Below are positions 56,955 through 64,000 of a stretch of 64,000 nucleotides of DNA, one piece after another. The DNA lies in NCBI RefSeq assembly GCF_013912065.1, contig NZ_JACESA010000017.1, positions 835-64,834 of the forward strand, read 5' to 3'. The translations under genes and the position numbers were made by a program. This DNA comes from Brevundimonas sp. (lineage in GTDB: Bacteria; Pseudomonadota; Alphaproteobacteria; Caulobacterales; Caulobacteraceae). The notes under the pieces were generated by a model. It worked only from the letters and a program-made list of their open reading frames with translations. It was not told the DNA's origin and did not search any database. How positions within the stretch are numbered: the first letter of the stretch is position 1; every line of letters begins with the position of its first letter.

Positions 56955-57821
56955 TCAGTCGCTGCCGATGTTGTTCAGCACTTCTTCCATCTCGGCGAAC
57001 GAGGGCTGGGAGGAGGAGGGAATGTCGCCCCGGCCGATCTCGACCGAGATCTGGGCTGCATTGCCGTGCAGGTGGGCGATCAGCACCGACTGGATCATTT
57101 TATAATAGGCGGCTTCCTCGTTGATGATCGCCGTCAGCCGCGCGGCGAACGGTCCCACCAGGCCATAGGCCAGGAACACGCCCATGAAGGTGCCCACCAG
57201 GGCGCCGCCGATCATGCCGCCCAGGATTTCCGGCGGTTCGGTGATCGAGCCCATGGTCTTGATCACGCCCAGCACGGCCGCGACGATGCCCAGGGCGGGC
57301 AGGCCGTCGGCCAGGTTCTGCAGGGCATGGGCGTTCTCGAGATGCTCGTGGTGATGCTTTTCGAGTTGCTTCTCCATCGCGTCCTCGACCTGATGCGGAT
57401 CCTCCAGGTTCATCGTCATCATCCGCAGGGTGTCGCAGATGAAGTCGACGGCGAAATGGTCCTTCAGCACCTTGGGGTACTTCTGGAAGATGGTCGATTC
57501 TTTGGGCTTTTCGATATGGCTTTCCAGGGCCACGACGCCCTTGGACTTCATGGTCTTGGTCAGCTGGAACAGCAGGGACAGCAGGTCCTTGTAGTCCTGC
57601 TTCTTCCACTTCGGCCCGGCGAAGGTCTTGCCCAGGCCCGCCATGGAGCCCTTGATCACCGTCATCGAGTTGGAGATCAGGAAGGCCGCGATGCCGGCGC
57701 CGCCGATCGCCATCAGCTCGTGCGGCGCGGCGTGGATGATGACGTCGAACTTGCCGCCGGAGATGGCGTAACTGCCGAAGACGAGGCCGAACAGCAGCAC
57801 GATGCCGAGGATCTGAAACAT
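56955..57821 (-). CDS. motA: Flagellar stator protein MotA
   Basis: G..ALESHIE.P, FICDTLR, LPALGIVAAVLG, GTFMGVFLAYG, VEIGR. Confidence 0.95.
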   Translation of the reverse strand: MFQILGIVLLFGLVFGSYAISGGKFDVIIHAAPHELMAIGGAGIAAFLISNSMTVIKGSMAGLGKTFAGPKWKKQDYKDLLSLLFQLTKTMKSKGVVALESHIEKPKESTIFQKYPKVLKDHFAVDFICDTLRMMTMNLEDPHQVEDAMEKQLEKHHHEHLENAHALQNLADGLPALGIVAAVLGVIKTMGSITEPPEILGGMIGGALVGTFMGVFLAYGLVGPFAARLTAIINEEAAYYKMIQSVLIAHLHGNAAQISVEIGRGDIPSSSQPSFAEMEEVLNNIGSD

Positions 57822-57862
57822 GTGACGCGGTATCCTGACCGGAGAGGGGTCAAGAATGGCCG

Positions 57863-57884
57863 TTAATGATTAAGACGGCGTTTC
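57863..57884 (-). promoter_or_regulatory. CtrA-like half-site cluster upstream of motA
   Basis: Minus strand GAAA-N7-TTAATCATTAAC; two TTAA half-sites. Confidence 0.4.
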
Positions 57885-57905
57885 GCGAACGCCGTCCGTC
57901 TTGTC

Positions 57906-59705
57906 TCAGAGGCGGCCTTCGCCGTTCAGGATGGCGGTTCGCGCCGCGGCCGTCAGCTTCTGGTAGCCGGTCTTGCCCCCGCGCACATAGAGGGAAGCCC
58001 CCGTTTTTTCAGGATCGAAGCCGTCGGCGACCAGATCGGCCTTGCGATACTTGAACGTGCCGGTCGTCTCGGCCGCCGCGATCACCCGCAGGAAGACCGG
58101 TTGGGCGTAGGGCGGCAGTTTGCCTTCGACATGATCGGCCAGGACCTTGGCGTCGAACTTTCCGTCCAGAACCAGGGCCGCCATGCCCGCCTTGCCGTCC
58201 TGTCCCGGCACCGGCACCCCATAGACGATGGCCTCCGCGATCCCGGGCGCATCCATCAGCACCTGTTCGACCTCGGAGGTCGAGACGTTCTCGCCCTTCC
58301 AGCGGAAGGTGTCGCCCATCCGGTCGACGAAGTAGAAATAGCCTTCGGCGTCCTGTTTCATCAGGTCGCCGGTGCGGAACCAGCGGTCGCCCTTCTTGAA
58401 GACGTCGGTCAGGATCTTCTTCTGCGACGCCGCCTTGTCGGCATAGCCGGAGAAGTCGTGGCGAATGTCGTTGCCGATCTCGCCGATGGCCTCGCCGACC
58501 TCGCCGACGCGGGTCAGGCGACACAGGCCGTCGGTCCCGCGAATGGGTTGTTCGCTTTCGACGTCGAACTGGACCAGTCGGATATTGATCTGCTTCTTCA
58601 GATAGCTGGGCACGCGGCCGATGGCGCCCTGTTTGCCGTCGAAGTTGAACAGCGAGACATTGCCCTCGGTCGAGCCGTAGAATTCGAGCACGTCGGGGAT
58701 GTTGAACCGGCTCTGGAACTCGGGCCAGACGTCGGCGCGCAGGCCGTTGCCGAAGGCGAGGCGCAGCTTGTGCTTCTTCTCGTAGGCCTGGGGCGGGCAG
58801 TTCACCAGATAGCGGCACAGTTCGCCGATATAGACGAACATGGTGGCGCCTGACGCGACCACGTCGGGCCAGAAGCTGGAGGCGGAGAAGCGCTTGCGGA
58901 TGACCAGTCGCGCCCCGTTAAGCAGGGCCGCGCCGACGCCGACCAGCCCCCCGGTCGAATGGTACAGGGGCAGAACGTTGAAGACCCGGTCCTTCGGCGT
59001 CGATCGTGTCGCGCCGGCGAAGGCGCGCATATAGGTCCGCGCGCGGGAGTGGGGAATACGGGCCGCCTTGGGCAGGCCGGTGGTGCCGGAGGTATAGATA
59101 TAGAGGGCCGTGTCGCGATTGGTCAGGCCCTCGCGGACCGACTTGGCCGGCCGCACGGAGGAGGCGCCGCGCACGGGCTTGTCCAGGCCGCGTCGGTCGC
59201 TGGTCTCGTCATCGTCGTTCAGGCCCAGCACCCATAGCATCAGGCTGTGTGCGACCAGGGAACGGGTGTCTTCGATCTGGCGCCAGCAGTCTTCGTCCGC
59301 CACCACCTGGAAGGCGTTGGAAATGGTCAGGCAGTGGGCCAGCCCCTGGCCGCTGAGATTGGTGTTGATCAGGGCGGTGGCGATGCCGACCTTGGAAAAG
59401 CCGATCCAGGCCGCGAGATATTCGACGCGGTTGGTCATCATCAGGGCGATGGTGTCGCCGCGGTTCAGGCCTCGTCCCTTGGCCCAGTGCGCATAGCGGT
59501 TGGCCATGGCGTCCAGGTCGCGATAGGTCAGGCTGCGGCGTTCATCCTCCACCGCGACATTGTCGGGAAACTTGTCGACAGCCTCTTCGATGTCGTCACA
59601 CAGCAGAACGTCGCTATCCAGCTCGATCGGCTTGATGCGCTTGAGCAGACGGAACAGACCGCTCGCGAAGCGCACGTCCCTGCGGATATTGGCTACCAAA
59701 CCCAT
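57906..59705 (-). CDS. Long-chain acyl-CoA synthetase, FATP/VLACS type
   Basis: YIYTSGTTGLPK, YGSTEGN, WFRTGDL, DRMGDTFRWKGENVST; start reset to MGLVAN. Confidence 0.92.
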   Translation of the reverse strand: MGLVANIRRDVRFASGLFRLLKRIKPIELDSDVLLCDDIEEAVDKFPDNVAVEDERRSLTYRDLDAMANRYAHWAKGRGLNRGDTIALMMTNRVEYLAAWIGFSKVGIATALINTNLSGQGLAHCLTISNAFQVVADEDCWRQIEDTRSLVAHSLMLWVLGLNDDDETSDRRGLDKPVRGASSVRPAKSVREGLTNRDTALYIYTSGTTGLPKAARIPHSRARTYMRAFAGATRSTPKDRVFNVLPLYHSTGGLVGVGAALLNGARLVIRKRFSASSFWPDVVASGATMFVYIGELCRYLVNCPPQAYEKKHKLRLAFGNGLRADVWPEFQSRFNIPDVLEFYGSTEGNVSLFNFDGKQGAIGRVPSYLKKQINIRLVQFDVESEQPIRGTDGLCRLTRVGEVGEAIGEIGNDIRHDFSGYADKAASQKKILTDVFKKGDRWFRTGDLMKQDAEGYFYFVDRMGDTFRWKGENVSTSEVEQVLMDAPGIAEAIVYGVPVPGQDGKAGMAALVLDGKFDAKVLADHVEGKLPPYAQPVFLRVIAAAETTGTFKYRKADLVADGFDPEKTGASLYVRGGKTGYQKLTAAARTAILNGEGRL

Positions 59706-59975
59706 GCGCGCCGTTACTCCGGTCTCTGCGTGTTCCACCCATCCTCGTGATGAACGAAGGGAGGCCGTCCGGTCAACCGCGAGGCGATCAAACGCCAGAT
59801 AAACAATCGCGATCCACCCGAAGAAGCATCTCATTTCTTCGGGTGACGTCGGGGAAATCCATAGGCTGCCTGCGCTTTTTCGGCCTCAATTCGTGGATTT
59901 CACCCCGAAAAAGGTTCGGATGTCGCCTGATCTGGGGCCATCTCGGTATTTCTTGAAGGTCATTCGAGTCCAGCT

Positions 59976-60001
59976 GGAACGGGCGCGGACGACGGCGTGT
60001 T
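59976..60001 (+). promoter_or_regulatory. Candidate sigmaT/EcfG promoter
   Basis: GGAAC-N17-TGTT, about 30 nt before ATG 60031. Confidence 0.45.
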
Positions 60002-60030
60002 TTCCCGACCAATGTTATGGAGGACACATC

Positions 60031-60588
60031 ATGTCGATGACCTATGCAGACGCCGATCCCGCCATCGCCTCGACCGACACCGTCGGCCGGTCGGCTGATG
60101 GAGTCTTCGTGCCCCGCTATGCGCAGACCCGCCGCAAGAAGAAGCCGGTCAGAACCTGGATGATCGTCGCGCCCATCGGCGCCCTCGCGGTGGTCGGCAC
60201 GGCGGCGGCCCTGATGATGGGTGGCGAAGGGACCGCGCCGTCGCCCGCCGCCCCGTTGGAGACGAGGCAGGTCGCACCGTCGGCTCTTGACGCGGTCACG
60301 CCGACCCCGGCCCCGCTGGTCCAGGCGACGCCCGCCGCTCCCGTGCAGACGAGCCCGGCCCGGGCAGCGCCGTCAGCGCCGGCGGTCCGCACTGAGCAGG
60401 CCGCCACGCGCCGCGCCGCGCCGGTCACGACCGATCAGCCGGCCACGCGCGCCGAAACCCCAGTTGAACCTGCAGGACCGCGCCCTTACAGCGCCTCGCC
60501 CACTACGGTGACCGCCAGTGCGGCCGCGCCGGCGATACAGACGGCTCCGGTTCAGGCTCCCGCCATTCCGGTTCAGCCTCTGAACTGA
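60031..60588 (+). CDS. Single-pass membrane protein with Pro/Ala/Thr-rich periplasmic tail
   Basis: GGAGG RBS; PRYA, basic RRKKK then TM helix; low-complexity C-terminus. Confidence 0.75.
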   Translation: MSMTYADADPAIASTDTVGRSADGVFVPRYAQTRRKKKPVRTWMIVAPIGALAVVGTAAALMMGGEGTAPSPAAPLETRQVAPSALDAVTPTPAPLVQATPAAPVQTSPARAAPSAPAVRTEQAATRRAAPVTTDQPATRAETPVEPAGPRPYSASPTTVTASAAAPAIQTAPVQAPAIPVQPLN

Positions 60589-60595
60589 CCCACCA

Positions 60596-60625
60596 GAAGG
60601 CCCCGGCGAATCGTCGGGGCCTTTC
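60596..60625. terminator. Terminator hairpin between convergent genes
   Basis: AAGGCCCCGGCGA-A-TCGTCGGGGCCTT followed by TC. Confidence 0.65.
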
Positions 60626-60627
60626 GT

Positions 60628-61179
60628 CTATCGAGCGGGTTGTGCAGGATATTCCAACCGACTGACGTCATAGCCTAGGGCGCGCGCCCTGTCGGTCAGA
60701 GCCTGAACCTGGGCGGCGCTCGGGATGTCGCGCGTATAGATGAACAGCCGCTTGAACGTCGGATCGGTCGAGATGAACCAGCTGTAGTCGTCGGCCCGGT
60801 CCAGCACCCAGTAGTCCCAGGTCACCAGCCCGTACAGATAGCTGACCCGCAGCTTGGCGTTCATGCCCGGGTCCAGGATGCGGCCCCGACCCTCGATGGC
60901 CTTTTCTCGGCCTTCGGGCGAGCCGACCTGGCAGGTGTCGCGCACATCGACCCGGTCGCCTTCGCGGAGCGTGTAGATCGAGGCTCCGGCCACGCAGCCG
61001 TCGGTCAATCGGTCGGGCAGGCGCGCGATCTCGCGCCACCGCCCGGACCATAGACGATCGGCGTCTATGGCCTTGGCCGGCTGGGGCGCGCGATAGTCGG
61101 CGGGCGAGGGGGCGGTGACGCAGGCCGCCAATGAGGTGGACAGGGCGACGGCGACGGCGGCGGCGAGAAATGATTTCAT
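60628..61179 (-). CDS. blc: Outer-membrane lipocalin
   Basis: Lipobox LAAC; [23 protein letters not shown]. Confidence 0.88.
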   Translation of the reverse strand: MKSFLAAAVAVALSTSLAACVTAPSPADYRAPQPAKAIDADRLWSGRWREIARLPDRLTDGCVAGASIYTLREGDRVDVRDTCQVGSPEGREKAIEGRGRILDPGMNAKLRVSYLYGLVTWDYWVLDRADDYSWFISTDPTFKRLFIYTRDIPSAAQVQALTDRARALGYDVSRLEYPAQPAR

Positions 61180-61358
61180 CGGGGATCGGGACCTTCCGTT
61201 CTCGCCATCAAGCCGCGACGACCGGCCCCGGTTCCGTCATGGACGCGCGACGAGGGCGGGCGTCCGCCCTCAAATCTCTCAGCGGGCGCCAGTATCAATC
61301 GCTTGAAAGCCGTAGCACACTGGCGTTTGACGTCAGCGTTCGATGGAGACCTGACCCG

Positions 61359-62333
61359 GTGGACGCCGCTATCCTGACCGAAGATCCGACCCAATCCCGC
61401 CCCGCCCAGCCGAACGCCGTTCAGCCCGACCCCGCGCGTCTGACCCATCTTCAGCGCCTGGAGGCCGAGAGCATCCACATCATGCGCGAGGTGGCGGCCG
61501 AGGCCGAGCGTCCGGTCATGCTCTATTCGATCGGCAAGGATTCGGCCGTGATGCTGCACCTGGCGCGAAAGGCCTTCTACCCGTCCAGACCGCCTTTCCC
61601 CCTGCTTCACGTCGACACCACGTGGAAGTTCCGCGCCATGTACGCGATGCGCGAACAGGCCGCAGCCGACCTGGGCGTCGAATTGCTGGTCCACCAAAAC
61701 CCCGAGGCTGTCGCGCGCGGGATCAATCCGTTTGACCACGGCTCGGCCCTGCACACCGACCTGTGGAAGACCGAGGGGCTGAAACAGGCCCTGACCCTGC
61801 ACGGTTTTGACGCGGCCTTCGGCGGCGCCCGTCGCGACGAGGAGAAGTCGCGGGCCAAGGAACGGATATTCTCCTTCCGCACCGCCGAACATCGCTGGGA
61901 CCCCAAGAACCAGCGGCCGGAGCTCTGGCGGCTCTACAACACCCGCAAACGGCCGGGTGAGAGCATCCGCGTCTTCCCCATCTCCAACTGGACTGAGCTG
62001 GACGTCTGGCAATACATCCATCTGGAGCAGATCCCGATCGTGCCTCTGTATCTCGCCGCCGAACGGCCGGTGGTCGAGCGCGACGGCGCCCTGATCATGG
62101 TCGATGACGACCGGTTCCGGCTGCGCCCCGGCGAGACGCCGCAGATGAAGTCGGTCCGCTTCCGCACCCTGGGCTGCTACCCCCTGACCGGGGCGGTCGA
62201 GAGCACGGCCGCGACCCTGCCCGAGGTCATTCAGGAAATGCTGCTGACCACCACCTCGGAGCGTCAGGGCCGGATGATCGACCACGACCAGTCCGCCTCG
62301 ATGGAGAAGAAGAAGCAGGAGGGCTATTTCTGA
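61359..62333 (+). CDS. cysD: Sulfate adenylyltransferase subunit 2
   Basis: [43 protein letters not shown]; GTG start with GGAG RBS. Confidence 0.96.
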   Translation: MDAAILTEDPTQSRPAQPNAVQPDPARLTHLQRLEAESIHIMREVAAEAERPVMLYSIGKDSAVMLHLARKAFYPSRPPFPLLHVDTTWKFRAMYAMREQAAADLGVELLVHQNPEAVARGINPFDHGSALHTDLWKTEGLKQALTLHGFDAAFGGARRDEEKSRAKERIFSFRTAEHRWDPKNQRPELWRLYNTRKRPGESIRVFPISNWTELDVWQYIHLEQIPIVPLYLAAERPVVERDGALIMVDDDRFRLRPGETPQMKSVRFRTLGCYPLTGAVESTAATLPEVIQEMLLTTTSERQGRMIDHDQSASMEKKKQEGYF

Positions 62334-64000
62334 TGGCCCACCAATCGGATCTGATCGCCCGCGACATCGACGCCTATCTGGACGCCCACCAGCACAAAAG
62401 CCTGCTGCGTTTCATCACCTGCGGCAGTGTGGACGACGGCAAGTCCACCCTGATCGGCCGTCTGCTCTACGACTCCAAGATGATCTTTGAGGATCAGATG
62501 GCGGCGCTGGAGGCGGACAGCCGCCGCGTCGGCACCCAGGGCGGCGACATCGACTTCGCCCTGCTGGTCGACGGCCTGGCCGCCGAGCGCGAGCAGGGCA
62601 TCACCATCGACGTGGCCTATCGCTTCTTCTCGACCGAAAAGCGCAAATTCATCGTCGCCGACACCCCGGGGCACGAGCAGTACACCCGTAACATGGTCAC
62701 CGGCGCCTCGACCGCCGACGCCGCCGTCATCCTGATCGACGCCCGTCGCGGCGTCCTGACCCAGACCCGCCGCCACGCCTATCTGGTCAGCTTGCTGGGC
62801 ATCCGCCACGTCATCCTGGCGGTCAACAAGATGGACCTGATGGGCTGGTCGCAGTCTGTGTTCGACGCCATCGTCGCCGACTTCCGCGGTTTTGCCGATC
62901 AGATCGGGCTGAAGCGCTTCGACGCCATTCCGATGTCGGCCCTGCGCGGCGACAATATCACCGAGGCCAGCCCCCATTCGCCCTGGTACGCCGGTCCGCC
63001 GTTGATGAACCTGCTGGAGACGCTGGAGGTCGGGGACGATCTTCAGGCCGATCCGTTCCGCCTGCCGGTGCAATGGGTCAACCGGCCCAACCTCGACTTC
63101 CGCGGCTTCTCGGGCCAGATCGCCGCCGGGACCGTCCGTCCGGGCGACCCCGTCCGTGTCCTGCCGTCGGGCAAGACCTCGACCGTCGCCCGCATCGTCA
63201 CCGCCGACGGCGACTTGGGTTTGGCCGTCGCCGGCCAGTCCATCACCCTGACCCTGGCCGACGAGATCGACGTCTCGCGCGGCGATGTTCTGGCCAGCGC
63301 CGACGCCCCGCCCGAGGCCGCAGACCAGTTCGAGGCCACGGTGGTCTGGATGGACGACGAGCCCCTGCTGCCGGGCCGGCCCTATCTGCTCAAGATCGGC
63401 GCCAAACTGGTGGGCGCCACCATCACCGAGCCCAAGCACAAGGTGAACGTCAACACCCTGGAGCATCAGCCGGCCAAGCGGCTGGAGCTGAACGAGATCG
63501 GGGTCTGCAACCTGTCGCTGGACACCCCCGTCGCCTTCGCCCCCTATGGCGAGAACAAGGATCTGGGCGGCTTCATCCTGATCGACCGCATCTCGAACCG
63601 CACGGTCGGGGCGGGCCTGCTGAACTTTGCTCTGCGCCGCGCGCACAACATCCACTGGCAGGCCCTGTCGGTGGACAAGGCGGCGCGCGCCACGATCAAG
63701 AACCAGACGGGACGCGTCGTCTGGCTGACCGGCCTGTCCGGCGCCGGCAAGTCGACCATCGCCGACCTGGTGGAAAAGCGTCTGCACGCCGATGGCCGCC
63801 ACACCTATCTGCTGGACGGCGACAATGTCCGCCATGGCCTGAACCGCGACCTGGGCTTCACCGAGGAGGATCGGGTCGAGAACATCCGCCGCGTCGCCGA
63901 GGTGTCGAAACTGATGGTGGACGCCGGCCTGATCGTCCTGGTCAGCTTCATCTCCCCCTTCCGCGCCGAACGCCGCATGGCGCGCGACCTGATGGGGGAG
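62333..64000 (+). CDS. cysNC: Bifunctional sulfate adenylyltransferase subunit 1 / APS kinase (CysNC, NodQ-like), 3'-truncated by window end
   Basis: [27 protein letters not shown], then [10 protein letters not shown] and [10 protein letters not shown]; TGATG coupling to cysD; absent from ORF track because no stop is reached. Confidence 0.95.
   Translation, partial: MAHQSDLIARDIDAYLDAHQHKSLLRFITCGSVDDGKSTLIGRLLYDSKMIFEDQMAALEADSRRVGTQGGDIDFALLVDGLAAEREQGITIDVAYRFFSTEKRKFIVADTPGHEQYTRNMVTGASTADAAVILIDARRGVLTQTRRHAYLVSLLGIRHVILAVNKMDLMGWSQSVFDAIVADFRGFADQIGLKRFDAIPMSALRGDNITEASPHSPWYAGPPLMNLLETLEVGDDLQADPFRLPVQWVNRPNLDFRGFSGQIAAGTVRPGDPVRVLPSGKTSTVARIVTADGDLGLAVAGQSITLTLADEIDVSRGDVLASADAPPEAADQFEATVVWMDDEPLLPGRPYLLKIGAKLVGATITEPKHKVNVNTLEHQPAKRLELNEIGVCNLSLDTPVAFAPYGENKDLGGFILIDRISNRTVGAGLLNFALRRAHNIHWQALSVDKAARATIKNQTGRVVWLTGLSGAGKSTIADLVEKRLHADGRHTYLLDGDNVRHGLNRDLGFTEEDRVENIRRVAEVSKLMVDAGLIVLVSFISPFRAERRMARDLMGE

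Noticed and set aside
61210-61235. sigmaT promoter for blc
   Set aside because: GGAAC present but the -10 reads GCTT/GGCT rather than CGTT-like; too weak

Overview
GC-rich alphaproteobacterial chromosome segment. A Caulobacteraceae/Brevundimonas-like host is inferred from the flagellar gene set, promoter motifs, F1Fo zeta subunit and intergenic repeat type. Left to right: (1) a purine-biosynthesis region (purL, purQ, purS, purC, purU, purB) broken up by accessory genes (vapBC, small acidic ORFs, TspO-like membrane protein, TPR-Asp/Asn beta-hydroxylase, EEP nuclease, MFS, YbhB, cfa-like methyltransferase, fasciclin, hypoxanthine-DNA glycosylase); (2) a ~9 kb lower-GC surface-glycan island with three Wzy/O-antigen-ligase-like proteins, two glycosyltransferases, an outer-membrane beta-barrel and two unknown exported proteins, but no priming GT, Wzx, Wzc or OPX; (3) a LysR divergent from cysG-DUF2849-cysI-[DUF934-cysH fusion]-cysK; (4) a REP/MITE-like palindrome, DUF885 and three tandem paralogous exported proteins; (5) flgFGAH/fliLM with readable sigma54, FlbD (ftr) and CtrA-like sites; (6) M28 peptidase, tRNA-Leu(TAA), an SLC13 permease lacking RCK_C domains; (7) the NAGGN osmolyte operon with a divergent EctR-like MarR and palindromic operator; (8) Tat phospholipase C, mnmC, motA, FATP-type acyl-CoA synthetase, blc, cysD and a truncated cysNC. 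No CRISPR array, integrase, transposase or rRNA was seen. The best candidates for an undescribed system are the glycan island (possible glycoprotein/anchor export module), the DUF934-CysH fusion, EctR-like control of NAGGN, and an Asp-rich small ORF upstream of a TPR-hydroxylase. All family assignments come from motif recognition by eye; no database searches were run.
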